Shown here: positions 32,928 through 44,138 of the stretch, piece after piece | Position numbering within the stretch: position 1 is the first letter of the stretch | How the letters are laid out: the number at the start of each line of letters is the position of its first letter | Assembly: GCA_001795385.1 (NCBI GenBank) | Contig: MGOU01000020.1 | Coordinates: forward strand, 27,539-91,538 | DNA length: 64,000 bases | Direction of reading: 5' to 3' | Source of the DNA: Clostridiales bacterium GWD2_32_19 | GTDB taxonomy: Bacteria > Bacillota > Clostridia > Lachnospirales > UBA12420 | Translations under genes and position numbers: made by a program | The notes under the pieces: model-generated | Databases searched by the model: none | What the model was told of the DNA's origin: nothing | Seen by the model: only the letters and a program-made list of their open reading frames with translations

Positions 32928-33971
32928 TTATTGATTTGCTTCACATTGCTCACCCTTCTCTTCTTCCTCATCTTTTTCCATTTTTTCAGCAATTTCATTT
33001 GCTATATCTTGTTCAATAAATTTCACACATTGATTTAATGCTGCTTGTATGTCACTTGATTTAGAACTGCCATGTGCCTTTACAACCAGACTTTCAAGCC
33101 CTAGAAGTGGAGCACCACCATATTCTGAATAGTCAAAAACTTTCTTTATATTTTTAAAGGCTCTGATAGCAAACAATCCACCTATTTTAGACAGTATACT
33201 ACTATTTAATTCCTTCTTTATAAGTCCAAATATATCTTTAACAAGACCTTCTGTATGTTTTAAAATAATATTTCCTACAAAGGCATCACAAACTATTATA
33301 TCTGCTTCTCCCTTAAATATATTTCTTGCTTCCAAATTTCCTGTAAAGTTTAAGTCAGAATTTTTCAAAAGTTTATAAGATTCACGCACTAACTCATTCC
33401 CTTTTTTATCTTCTGTTCCTATATTTACAAGTCCTACTCTTGGTTCTTTTACTCCAACTACATTTTTAAAATATATCGAGCCCATTTGGGCAAATTGTTT
33501 TAAATAAATAGGCTTCGCATCTACATTTGCACCGCAATCTATTAGTAAAGAAAATCCCTTGAGTGTAGGAAATATAGCACCAAGTGCTGGCCTTTTTACA
33601 CCTTTGATTCTGCCCACTATAAGAGTACCTCCTGCAACAAGAGCCCCTGTGTTACCCGCAGATATAAACGCATCTACTGTCTTTTCTTTCAGCATATGTA
33701 ACCCTATAACCATTGAAGATTGTTTTTTAGTTTTTATGGCTTCAGTAGGGGAATCGTCATTGGATATGATTTCTGGTGCATCCACTACATCAATCTTATC
33801 TTGTGAAAAATCATGGTGCAAAAGTTGACTATAAATTAAGTCCGCTTTGCCAACTAAAATTACCTTTATATTGTGTTTATTAGTAAATTCAACTACTCCT
33901 TTTATAATCTCTGTAGGTGCATTATCCCCACCCATTGCATCAACAGCAATTTTTATCTCACTAATATTCAT
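32928..33971 (-). CDS. plsX: Phosphate acyltransferase PlsX
   Basis: IAVDAMGGDNAP...GNTGALVAGG...VVKAHGSS. Confidence 0.95.
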   Translation of the reverse strand: MNISEIKIAVDAMGGDNAPTEIIKGVVEFTNKHNIKVILVGKADLIYSQLLHHDFSQDKIDVVDAPEIISNDDSPTEAIKTKKQSSMVIGLHMLKEKTVDAFISAGNTGALVAGGTLIVGRIKGVKRPALGAIFPTLKGFSLLIDCGANVDAKPIYLKQFAQMGSIYFKNVVGVKEPRVGLVNIGTEDKKGNELVRESYKLLKNSDLNFTGNLEARNIFKGEADIIVCDAFVGNIILKHTEGLVKDIFGLIKKELNSSILSKIGGLFAIRAFKNIKKVFDYSEYGGAPLLGLESLVVKAHGSSKSSDIQAALNQCVKFIEQDIANEIAEKMEKDEEEEKGEQCEANQ

Positions 33972-33994
33972 TACATCACCCCTATATTTTGTTT

Positions 33995-34071
33995 GGTAGT
34001 GTAAAATATTTATAGTACTAAATACTACACCATCCCTTTATATTCAATATATTTTATCAGTATTATCTTCC
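33995..34071 (-). promoter_or_regulatory. Shared leader/promoter cassette, copy upstream of plsX (uninterrupted form)
   Basis: Same ~77 bp as 14004-14080 and 53800-53875. Proximal end lies 23 nt from the plsX ATG. Confidence 0.55.
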
Positions 34072-34127
34072 TTTTGACACTATCTTTTGTTTTTCTTTAC
34101 TATCTATCTATAATAACTTATTATAGC

Positions 34128-34174
34128 ATATATAGAAAAAAATTCAAGCCGTGCTTGAATTTTTTTCTATATAT
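34128..34174. terminator. Long palindrome / terminator
   Basis: atatatagaaaaaaattcaagc-cgt-gcttgaatttttttctatatat. Confidence 0.6.
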
Positions 34175-34197
34175 ATGATTTTAATTTCTTTATTTTG

Positions 34198-34368
34198 TTA
34201 CATTAATGCATCTTCTAATTTATCCAAATGTTCAATTGGAAAGTATTTCAAAAGTTGTTTATATTGATTTTGTGTAAGTCCTTCTAGAGTCGTATAAATT
34301 TTTATTTTCCCATCTATATCTGCATTTTGAAATTCCTCGCTTATTTCTCTAAATACTTTAGTATCCAT
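34198..34368 (-). CDS. Hypothetical small protein (56 aa), below the ORF-track cutoff
   Basis: ATG preceded by GGAGA at 9 nt. Encodes MDTKVFREISEEFQNADIDGKIKIYTTLEGLTQNQYKQLLKYFPIEHLDKLEDALM. Followed by the 34128-34174 hairpin. Confidence 0.4.
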   Translation of the reverse strand: MDTKVFREISEEFQNADIDGKIKIYTTLEGLTQNQYKQLLKYFPIEHLDKLEDALM

Positions 34369-34616
34369 ATATAATTATCTCCTTTCATAAGTATTGCTAG
34401 TGTCAAAATTAATTTTAAGCTTATAATTTCTTATTTACCATATTTTAGTAAAACAACCTTATATTTACCTTGACACCGCCTAAATTCGCAGTTCCTTCAC
34501 AATTTATTCACAGTTTTTTTAACTAATTTGATTTTGTGATATTGCTTTTTTATGATTTTTCTATTATAATAAACAAGTTAGATAGATTTAAAAATTTATT
34601 TATGGGGGATAGATAG

Positions 34617-35924
34617 ATGTTAAAGCTACATAAGTTGTATATATGTTTATTTTTGTTTATTTTTTTACTTAATACTATTGTTTCTCATGCTGAGAATAAT
34701 ATACCAACAATTTCTGCAGAATCTGCAATCGTTTACTGTCTAAATACAAAACAAATATTATATGATAAAAATATAAATGAAAAGCACTTTCCTGCTAGCA
34801 TAACAAAAGTAATGACGGCACTGCTAGCTATTGAAAATAATAAACTTGATGATAGAATTACTTACTCAAGTACTGCGATTAACTCTATAGACCGCAATAG
34901 TAGCCATCTTTGGGTGGTTCCTGATGAGCAGATTACAGTAGAACATTCACTTTATGGTTTGCTCATGAAATCTGCAAACGAAATAGCAAATGGTTTAGCC
35001 GAGAAAACAAGCGGTTCCATATCTGAATTTGTAAATTTGATGAATAAAAAAGCAACAGAGTTAGGTTGTACAAATACTCACTTTGAGAATACAAATGGCC
35101 TCCCAAATGATAATCATTATACTACTGCTCTCGATATGGCAAAAATATCTGCCGCGGCATTTAAAAGCTCTAAATTTAGGGAAATAATTGGAACCAAGAT
35201 TCATACAATACCTCCTACAAACAGAAATGTGGAACGTGTAATTGGAAACTCACATAAAATGCTTTTAAATACTAAATTCCATTACGATTACTGTTTAGGT
35301 GGGAAAACTGGATATACTGTTGTCGCTGGACATACATTAGTAACTTATGCAGAAAAAGATGGCATGCAACTCGTTTCAGTTTTATTAAAATCAGACACTC
35401 CAAATGTATACCTTGATGCTACAAAAACGCTTGATTATGCTTTCAACAACTATAAACTTATAACACTGACTGAGCAAAATAAAACATTTAAAAAATTACC
35501 TGTATTTCAAGGTAATAAAGTTAAAGATACTATATCTGCTTTCAGTTCACAAAAGCTTGTATTTGTAGTACCTTCGGACTACACTGAATCTGATATGCGA
35601 GTAGAGCTCAACCTTCCAGAAAAGTTTAATGAAAATATAACTGCAAGTACAAAGATAGGAACTGTAAAGTACTATTATAAAAATAATGTAGTAGCCTATA
35701 CAAATTTAATTTCTAATAAAACAGTTAATATCAAACCATCTGTTTTTGATTTTAAACAGGGTTTATTTTTAGGATTAGTGGGACTCGTAGTTGCTTTAGT
35801 TATTCTTGTATTGAAAATTGTTTTAACACTTGTTTTGATAATTGTTTTACTTATTATTCTTGCTAAGATATTTAAATTTAAATTTAAAAGAAAAAGAAAA
35901 AATGATGCTATACTAAAAGATTAG
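34617..35924 (+). CDS. D-alanyl-D-alanine carboxypeptidase (PBP5 class) with C-terminal membrane anchor
   Basis: Signal peptide. SITKVMT (SxxK), SAN (SxN), KTGYT (KTG). C-terminal TM helix and basic tail. Confidence 0.9.
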   Translation: MLKLHKLYICLFLFIFLLNTIVSHAENNIPTISAESAIVYCLNTKQILYDKNINEKHFPASITKVMTALLAIENNKLDDRITYSSTAINSIDRNSSHLWVVPDEQITVEHSLYGLLMKSANEIANGLAEKTSGSISEFVNLMNKKATELGCTNTHFENTNGLPNDNHYTTALDMAKISAAAFKSSKFREIIGTKIHTIPPTNRNVERVIGNSHKMLLNTKFHYDYCLGGKTGYTVVAGHTLVTYAEKDGMQLVSVLLKSDTPNVYLDATKTLDYAFNNYKLITLTEQNKTFKKLPVFQGNKVKDTISAFSSQKLVFVVPSDYTESDMRVELNLPEKFNENITASTKIGTVKYYYKNNVVAYTNLISNKTVNIKPSVFDFKQGLFLGLVGLVVALVILVLKIVLTLVLIIVLLIILAKIFKFKFKRKRKNDAILKD

Positions 35925-35941
35925 TATAGCATCATTTTTTT
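35904..35941 (+). terminator. Terminator overlapping the convergent gene ends
   Basis: Stem gatgctatact/agtatagcatc, followed by a T-run. Confidence 0.6.
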
Positions 35942-36543
35942 CTGTACCACTCATATGCATCTTCTGTAAGATAACATAGCTCTAGCTTTCTTTCTTTCAC
36001 ATATTTTATCGTTCTTTCCAATATAAAAGCAACAGCCTTATCTAAATCTTCATTAGCAAGTTTTCTTCCTTCTATTAGATATTCATATTCTTCTCTACCA
36101 GGTTCAATAGCATCTGCTAAATAAACTATTTTCTCAAGCACTGTCATATCTGGCTTTCCAGTTGTATGATATTTTATGGCATTCAGTATTTCTACATCCT
36201 CTATACCATATTCTACCTTGGCTACAAATACCCCTAGAAAACTATGAATTACTTTGGGGTACTTTAAAATCTCTTCATCTAATTTAATTCCATGTTTTCT
36301 TGAAAAGTCGTTATATTTATGAAACTTTGCACAGTCGTGTAATAATGCTGCTATCCTTGCTTTTTCTACATCTACTCCATATATCTTAGCGAGTTTTTCC
36401 GCAGTTTCAACTACACCTAGAGTGTGTGTAAATCTTTTTTCAGCATATGCCGCATCTTTAGGTGTTTTACCACTTGTGAAGTTCTTGTGTAGTTGTTGTT
36501 TAAGTTGTTCAAAATTATAGTTTATATTTGACATGCTATTCAC
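35932..36543 (-). CDS. yqeK: HD-domain protein YqeK (Ap4A hydrolase family)
   Basis: RFTHTLGVVETAEKLA...ALLHDCAK...YLADAIEPGR. Confidence 0.85.
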   Translation of the reverse strand: MNSMSNINYNFEQLKQQLHKNFTSGKTPKDAAYAEKRFTHTLGVVETAEKLAKIYGVDVEKARIAALLHDCAKFHKYNDFSRKHGIKLDEEILKYPKVIHSFLGVFVAKVEYGIEDVEILNAIKYHTTGKPDMTVLEKIVYLADAIEPGREEYEYLIEGRKLANEDLDKAVAFILERTIKYVKERKLELCYLTEDAYEWYRKK

Positions 36544-37860
<1,317 letters not shown>

Positions 37861-37962
37861 TTACATTATTACATTTTGTATATCTTATCACATTTTTTCC
37901 ATTTTATCAATGATTTTAACAAAATATAAAAGTTACTGGACGCTTAAATCTTTTTAAGTAAC

Positions 37963-38129
37963 TAATGAATCTCCCCGCGGCAAGCCGACGGGGTATCATG
38001 TTGTCATTGCGAGCGTTTTTTGCGAAGCAATCTCATCTTTCAAAAACGAGATTGCTTCGTCGAAAGAACCTCCTCGCAATGACAAGAACGCGGCAAGCCG
38101 ACGGGGAATTAACCCCAAAAAGATTAAAA
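37963..38129. repeat. Nested-palindrome MITE-like repeat, copy 4
   Basis: Almost identical to 1575-1742. ORFs 37965-38195 and 37996-38208 are artefacts. Confidence 0.8.
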
Positions 38130-38322
38130 TTATGTTCAAATATATTTTCAAAATTAAAAAGTTATGATATACTATTATCACATTTGTTTGTTTAAATAAA
38201 TTAATCATATTAAAATTGCATTTCTATATATACTTTATATGGGAATGTCTAATATTTAATAAAGTATCAGCCAATTTTTGCAACTGCAAAAATTGAGTAA
38301 AAATTATATTGGAGGATAAAAC

Positions 38323-40314
38323 ATGAAAAAGATTGTAAGTTTACTTATGGTAATGGTAATGGTAGTAACATTATTTACAGGATGTACTCCTGATGAAAAG
38401 GAATATTATAATATTGCAAAAGAAATGGGCAAAATTGGCATAATAGAGGGTACAACAAAGATTGATATAAATGTAGATGAATTATTTACTTATATCGAAA
38501 AACAAGCTAAAGATAGTAGTATTACAGCTGAGCAAGCTAAATATATAGCTATAGCAAAGGAAATGCTAAAACAAAAACAATTAGAACTATATATGAGATA
38601 TGACAAAGATAATTTAGAACTTTATTTTGAGACATATCTTGTAGACAAAACTACTAAAGTCAAAGATATGGTCACAACCATAATATATAAATCTGATAAA
38701 TTATACATAAATATTGAACAACTGTTGGACTTTGCTGCTAAATACGAATTAGCAAAAAAGGAAACAATATTAAATGAAAAAGCAAATGGAATAAAGTATA
38801 TTTCTATTGATATGGCAACTGAAGTTGATTCTAAAATTATGACTAAGTTTAAGAATCAGATGGCGAAAAGTGAAAAACTTAATCAAGTAATTTATAGATT
38901 AATTGATGAACTTGCTAACAAAGCAATGTCAGATTTCTCAACTGAAAAATTAAAAAAGATAGGTACTAATAAATTTCAAATTTCTATGACAGGGACAGAA
39001 GTTGCTAATATAGTACTAAATCTTGGTGAACATTTTATAAATAATGCACCAAAATATGGAGATACACTTACAACTTTCCTTGATAGCTTAACAGATAATG
39101 AATTCGCACTACTCGGTGAAGTAGGTATAACTAGGGAAGAATTTGTAACTACGGCTAAAACTCAAATTGCATCTGCCGTTGAAAGTATAAAAACAGATAA
39201 AAATACAGCAATGGACGGTATTATAGCTATGAGAGCTGCACTACAATTGTCACAAGTGAAGCCATTTATTGAAAGCATCAAGATTTCTGAAACTTTTGAG
39301 AAAACTAATGGTAATGAATATAATGATACTTTAGACTTTAGTATGGACTTAGCATCATATATATATTACCTTTCAAATCAAGGTGGAAATGCGAGAGCTA
39401 CAGCAGATAAGGAAAATATAAGAGAAATTAACAATGCTGTTCAAAGATACGAGTGGGATAATGGTAATTTTTCTATAGAAGATGAACCGAACATAATTCA
39501 AACACTTGTCGAAGATGGATACCTATCGTTCACACCAACTAACCCATATAATACTGGGGAATATAAAGTAAGCTTAATTAAAAACGGAACAATGACAGTA
39601 ATGCCTGATAATACTGCTTTATATGAAACAGAGAATAATGAAGTAAAATCTCAAAATGTTGATTCATGTAAAGTGAGTATAAAAGTAACATCAAACATGA
39701 AGTCGTTAAAAACTGCTAATATAGTAGCACCAACTGAAGGCCTTGTTAATGTAAAAGATTTGGAAAATTATGCAAAGCATGAGTTGAAAGTAAATATAGA
39801 TGATGGAAGCTATAATGAATATGTAGCAAAAATTCCAAATAATTCATCTGCATCAAAAGTAATAGCCCATAATATGAATGTTAGAGTTATAACTAATGCT
39901 ATACAAAGATATGAATGGGATAATAACGACCAAGTTGATTCAATACAAAAGTTGATAACTAAAGGATATTTATCACAAATACCGCTGAATCCATTGGGTA
40001 CAGGAGACTACACTGTGATACTAGTCGATGGAAAATCCAAAGTAATGCCTGAATCAGCAGATAATGACTTAGACATAAAAATAATCAACGATTCTTCTTA
40101 TCTTCCAGCTAGAAAAGTAGTTGAAATATTAGGAGACGAAATTAACTGGGACGCTGCAATTAAGAAGGCATATATAACAGTTAATGGTAAAAATGTATAT
40201 CTAGAAGGCATAATAATAAATAATCGTACATATATAAAAGTACGTGAACTTGAAAAAGTTGGATACAAAATAGACTGGAATGAAGAAACAAGAGAAGTTG
40301 GAATAGAAAAATAA
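38323..40314 (+). CDS. Lipoprotein with two pilin-head-like repeats and a C-terminal copper-amine-oxidase-N-like (stalk) domain
   Basis: Lipobox LFTGC. Internal repeats NAVQRYEWDNGNF...GYLSFTPTNPYNTGEYKV and NAIQRYEWDNNDQ...GYLSQIPLNPLGTGDYTV. C-terminus YLPARKVVEILGDEINWD...VYLEG...YIKVRELEK. Confidence 0.75.
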   Translation: MKKIVSLLMVMVMVVTLFTGCTPDEKEYYNIAKEMGKIGIIEGTTKIDINVDELFTYIEKQAKDSSITAEQAKYIAIAKEMLKQKQLELYMRYDKDNLELYFETYLVDKTTKVKDMVTTIIYKSDKLYINIEQLLDFAAKYELAKKETILNEKANGIKYISIDMATEVDSKIMTKFKNQMAKSEKLNQVIYRLIDELANKAMSDFSTEKLKKIGTNKFQISMTGTEVANIVLNLGEHFINNAPKYGDTLTTFLDSLTDNEFALLGEVGITREEFVTTAKTQIASAVESIKTDKNTAMDGIIAMRAALQLSQVKPFIESIKISETFEKTNGNEYNDTLDFSMDLASYIYYLSNQGGNARATADKENIREINNAVQRYEWDNGNFSIEDEPNIIQTLVEDGYLSFTPTNPYNTGEYKVSLIKNGTMTVMPDNTALYETENNEVKSQNVDSCKVSIKVTSNMKSLKTANIVAPTEGLVNVKDLENYAKHELKVNIDDGSYNEYVAKIPNNSSASKVIAHNMNVRVITNAIQRYEWDNNDQVDSIQKLITKGYLSQIPLNPLGTGDYTVILVDGKSKVMPESADNDLDIKIINDSSYLPARKVVEILGDEINWDAAIKKAYITVNGKNVYLEGIIINNRTYIKVRELEKVGYKIDWNEETREVGIEK

Positions 40315-40316
40315 AT

Positions 40317-40353
40317 AAAAAAGTTCAAGCAGTAAAATGCTTGAACTTTTTTT
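40317..40353. terminator. Bidirectional terminator
   Basis: aaaaaagttcaagc-agtaaaat-gcttgaactttttt. Confidence 0.75.
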
Positions 40354-40356
40354 ACC

Positions 40357-40947
40357 CTACTCATCCTTTAATTGCCTTTTTATATACTCTTTTAAATGCA
40401 TCGTATCAAGAACCGACTTTCTCATAATTTCTAGATACCCTTCCTTATTTATCATATCAAACCTCAAATTATATCCTGCCGACTCAGCTAAAAGTTCTAT
40501 GAATTTTCTTATCGTACGACCGTTACCCTCACGAAACGGATGAATGATATTAAACTCTGCTTTATAATATGCAAGTCTTTCTGATAATATATCTTTATCC
40601 ATATCTTTTAAGTAATTATCATCCTTTAGCTCTCCAAATACCCTTTTAAGTTCGCTTTTTATATTCTCGGGGTAAGCAAAAGTTGTGTTGTCTTTGTGTA
40701 TTCTCACTTTTCTATATTCCCCTGCCCAATCAAGTATTTCTTCAAACAAAAACTTATGGATGGCTATAAAATACTTTTCATCTAAAACCTTACCCAGCTT
40801 TTTCCCTTCCATCTCGATAAGTTTAAGCCCAGTCAAATCACGCTCAAGGCATATTAGTTTTTCTTTATCCCTTATATTAAACTTATTTTTCAAGACACCT
40901 GTATTATTATAACAATAAATATCATCTTGTATATCGTAATCCATCAT
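40357..40947 (-). CDS. fic: Fic-domain protein (class I toxin, AMP-transferase family)
   Basis: Canonical Fic motif HPFREGNGRTIRKF. 196 aa. Confidence 0.9.
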   Translation of the reverse strand: MMDYDIQDDIYCYNNTGVLKNKFNIRDKEKLICLERDLTGLKLIEMEGKKLGKVLDEKYFIAIHKFLFEEILDWAGEYRKVRIHKDNTTFAYPENIKSELKRVFGELKDDNYLKDMDKDILSERLAYYKAEFNIIHPFREGNGRTIRKFIELLAESAGYNLRFDMINKEGYLEIMRKSVLDTMHLKEYIKRQLKDE

Positions 40948-40950
40948 TCA

Positions 40951-41127
40951 TCACCCTATATACTGATTTAAAATCACCTTTCTTGCAGCATCTATTGTAC
41001 ATTCTCCAATAAGTACCTGCCTATATAAATCGACAGTTTTCTGAGGTAGTTTCATTCCTTCAAACTCCATAGTACATTGTATGTTATTTAACTTTTTTTC
41101 TGCTTCACTATAACTATACTTTTTCAT
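40951..41127 (-). CDS. VbhA-type antitoxin of Fic (58 aa), below the ORF-track cutoff
   Basis: MKKYSYSEAEKKLNNIQCTMEFEGMKLPQKTVDLYRQVLIGECTIDAARKVILNQYIG. TMEFEG fits the inhibitory motif (S/T)xxxE(G/N). Its stop lies 3 nt before the fic ATG. Confidence 0.7.
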   Translation of the reverse strand: MKKYSYSEAEKKLNNIQCTMEFEGMKLPQKTVDLYRQVLIGECTIDAARKVILNQYIG

Positions 41128-41196
41128 GAATCCAGTCCCTTCTATGATATATTTTACCCCGCCTTATCATCGCGAGGAGGAGTTATTTCTACTCTC

Positions 41197-41224
41197 ATTA
41201 TACTACAAATTAAATATTTTTCAA
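41197..41224 (-). promoter_or_regulatory. Candidate promoter of the antitoxin-fic operon
   Basis: Minus strand reads TTGAAA-16 nt-TATAAT. Confidence 0.45.
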
Positions 41225-41271
41225 TACATTGTTACATTTTTTTAATGTTGTTTTATGTCTTTCCCTATTAA

Positions 41272-41729
41272 TTACTCTAATTTCGCCAGCTCAACTTTTA
41301 CATCTAGACCTGAAAAATCTCCTGTCAAGTTTGCTACAAATTGCTTGCTTTTGTTTGCCGGTACTTTATCTGCAAATGCATTTGCTGTTATTACTAGTTT
41401 ATTTTCCTTGTCATAAAAATATATGTTCATATATGGTGTAATTGTGTTGCTTGTCAAATTTTCTACTGTTCCTACTATTGCTGTTATATTGTTTTGTACG
41501 CTAGATGTTATACCTGAAAACTTTACTTTATCTTGTATTTGTTTTGCTTCTTCTGTTACTTCCATCTTTAGCTCTTCTGGATCTTCTACTTTTATTTTTA
41601 CATTTTTCTGTGTTGTAGCGCCTGCATCTTTATTTGCTTGTTGCTTTGGTTTTTTCCCACCATTGACATTATTATTATTATTAATCCTAACGCTATTATT
41701 ACTCCGATTATTATGTTTTTCTTTTCCAT
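41272..41729 (-). pseudogene. Frameshifted paralog of the 153-aa membrane-anchored protein
   Basis: The ATG at 41729 encodes MEKKNIIIGVIIALGLIIIIMSMVGK (TM anchor). The frame then changes at the A6 run (41650-41655). A7 would read ...GKKPKQQANKDAGATTQKNVKIKVEDPEE, matching 44139-44600. The ORF-track start at 41742 is a TTG with no signal sequence. Confidence 0.6.
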
Positions 41730-41750
41730 TTGCTTCTCTCAATTTTTATT

Positions 41751-43985
41751 TTAGTTTGCAATATATTTCTTTATTTTTGCTTCTCTATCTATATAAAATA
41801 TTCCATCTTTATATTTCCCGCTTTCATCTAATATGTTACTCTTATTAAATATTATCATTACATCATCATTAATATTTCCAGCTACTAGCATTACCCTCAT
41901 TATTCCATTTTTATCGAGTCCAATATAATATTTAAAGCTTTTTCTATCCCCTACATCACCTGCGTCATAACCGTCATTTGCTAATACTACTCCCTTTTTG
42001 TATGGACCATAATACTTGGTCGTTGTATTTGCACTATCGTCTGTGGCTTTTACGTGTAAGTACCATATTCCATCTGTCGATTTGGTTACCGTTTGGTTTA
42101 GTGTTTGGGTATTTATTGTTTCTGTTATCCATGCTCCTGTTGGAGTTATCTCTGTACCCCATTGATATCCCCAGCTGGTTAGTGAACCACTTGGTACGTT
42201 TATTATTAGATCTACGATTATGTCTGATGTAGACTTTGCTCTGCTTGTTGGGGTAGGCGTTATAGTTGGCCCTGTGTAATCTATGTTAGATACTACGCAG
42301 TTTGCTACTGTTGATGAATTTCCTGCAGTATCTGTCCCTCTAGCATACATCGTTCCATTTGTTGTCATTATTACTGGTATTGTATATGGTGTCCATGCTC
42401 CTGCATCTATCTTGTATTCTTTGTTTGCTGCATCTCCCCAGTTACTTATCGTTACTATTACATCTTCGGTTGTCGGAGATGATGTATCTGGCGTAAGTAT
42501 TGGTGTAATTGGTTCTGTTCTATCTATATTTTCTATACTTAAGCTACTTGTTACGCTTTCATTTCCTAAAAAATTTGTTCCTTTCGCGTATATCGTTTCG
42601 TTTTCTGTAATTACTAATGGTACTGTATATGCTGTCCATAGTCCTTCAGCTATTTTATATTCCTTAATTGTTGCGTTCCCCCAGTTACTTATTGTTACTA
42701 TTATATTTCCATTTGTGGGGGTTGTTATGTCTGGCGTTAGTGTAGGGGGTATTGGTGATGTGGCGTCTATCATATATACTCCGTTACCTACTGAAACTAC
42801 ACTAATAGATTCAAGTATGCATAAGGCGGGCCGCATACCATACAAAAAATTGGAAACATTGTTAGCCACATTACCATCAGCACCATTCACGTAAAGACTA
42901 AATGCAGGATTAGACCCACTTGGAGTAATCAGACACCAATCCACAGACTCTCCCCCACTTGGAAATACCGACCCTTTCATTATGTTATACTCCGTTTCCG
43001 TTAGCAGTCCTATCTTCGCAGTAGGGTTAGTATACGGTGTAGAGCCATCATTTCTCGTCAAATCCCACGTACTATTTTTGATTATCGATCTTTCTGCTAC
43101 TGTAAATGTAGTATTGTTATAGTATGTATTATTTAAATAATAACCTATATTATTTGTGCCATAAATACTACCTGTAGGGTCAAATACCTGTGTAATATCA
43201 GGGTCAAACGCTCGTCTCCCCGTTATCCTATCGGTAACCAATTTTCCAGTAGATGGATTTACTACTCTCCACGCTTCCCCATGAAACATTATCGTATTCC
43301 CTATTGCTAACTCACTTATTGAGTTACTTGCTCCAGTGCCACCATAATAATACATACCCGACAATGGATCTTGTGTAAAAATTGTAGTTTCTATAATTCT
43401 AAAAGCTGGACGCACGCCATACTCATAGTTGGCATAAGCGCTTGCTAATGTCCCAGCAACATGCACAATGAGATTTTCATTAACACTTGAATTATACGGA
43501 GTGATCAGCCACCAGCTTGCACTTTCTCCTCCACTTGGAAATACCGCTGCCGTTACTGCATTATACTCTGTTGCAGTTAATAATCCTATATACGCTGTGG
43601 GATTAGTGTATAGTGTCGAGTCATCAAATCTTTTTAAATCCCATGTACTATTTTTGATTAATGCTTTTTCTGATAGCGAATCGTAGTATCCATTATTTAG
43701 ATAATACCCTATATTATTACTATCATTAGGATCAAATTTTTGAGTATTGTTGTCATCAAATTTATCAATACATACATTTTTCAAGCTCACTACCAACCCT
43801 GTAGATGGCGTTACTACTGCGAACTGTTGGCCTGCAAACATTATCTTTGTACCTACCGGTAGTGTGGATAGTGCTGCTGTGGTTGCTGCGTATGTTTTCT
43901 GGGTTACAATTGGTGTTCCCCCTACTACCAGCATCATTACTGCGATAATGCATATCATTACTTTCTTAAATACCTTTGTTCGCAT
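41751..43985 (-). CDS. Large secreted repeat protein (two DUF6273-like modules plus three Ig-like repeats)
   Basis: Signal peptide. Two ~180-aa modules end in SWWLITPY...YGVRPAFRI and VDWCLITPS...YGMRPALCI. Three ~85-aa repeats follow the pattern TPDxxxPTxxxxxVTISNWGxAxxKEYKI..W..YT.P. Confidence 0.8.
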   Translation of the reverse strand: MRTKVFKKVMICIIAVMMLVVGGTPIVTQKTYAATTAALSTLPVGTKIMFAGQQFAVVTPSTGLVVSLKNVCIDKFDDNNTQKFDPNDSNNIGYYLNNGYYDSLSEKALIKNSTWDLKRFDDSTLYTNPTAYIGLLTATEYNAVTAAVFPSGGESASWWLITPYNSSVNENLIVHVAGTLASAYANYEYGVRPAFRIIETTIFTQDPLSGMYYYGGTGASNSISELAIGNTIMFHGEAWRVVNPSTGKLVTDRITGRRAFDPDITQVFDPTGSIYGTNNIGYYLNNTYYNNTTFTVAERSIIKNSTWDLTRNDGSTPYTNPTAKIGLLTETEYNIMKGSVFPSGGESVDWCLITPSGSNPAFSLYVNGADGNVANNVSNFLYGMRPALCILESISVVSVGNGVYMIDATSPIPPTLTPDITTPTNGNIIVTISNWGNATIKEYKIAEGLWTAYTVPLVITENETIYAKGTNFLGNESVTSSLSIENIDRTEPITPILTPDTSSPTTEDVIVTISNWGDAANKEYKIDAGAWTPYTIPVIMTTNGTMYARGTDTAGNSSTVANCVVSNIDYTGPTITPTPTSRAKSTSDIIVDLIINVPSGSLTSWGYQWGTEITPTGAWITETINTQTLNQTVTKSTDGIWYLHVKATDDSANTTTKYYGPYKKGVVLANDGYDAGDVGDRKSFKYYIGLDKNGIMRVMLVAGNINDDVMIIFNKSNILDESGKYKDGIFYIDREAKIKKYIAN

Positions 43986-44138
43986 AATAATTTCCCTCCA
44001 TTTCGTTAGTATATAATATCACATCTTTTCTACAAATCCTTTAGCATATAATATTACTATTATCTGTATTTTGTAATAAAATTATAATACTTTTTAGGGT
44101 AACATCTTTCAAAGCTATTTCGTTCTTAATACTATCAA

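Noticed and set aside
32905-32998. An extended RNase III N-terminus (MKLLKKWKKMRKKRR...) overlapping plsX by 70 nt.
   Set aside because: The basic extension has no counterpart in RNase III proteins. The shorter start is preferred, although its RBS is weak, so the start remains uncertain.
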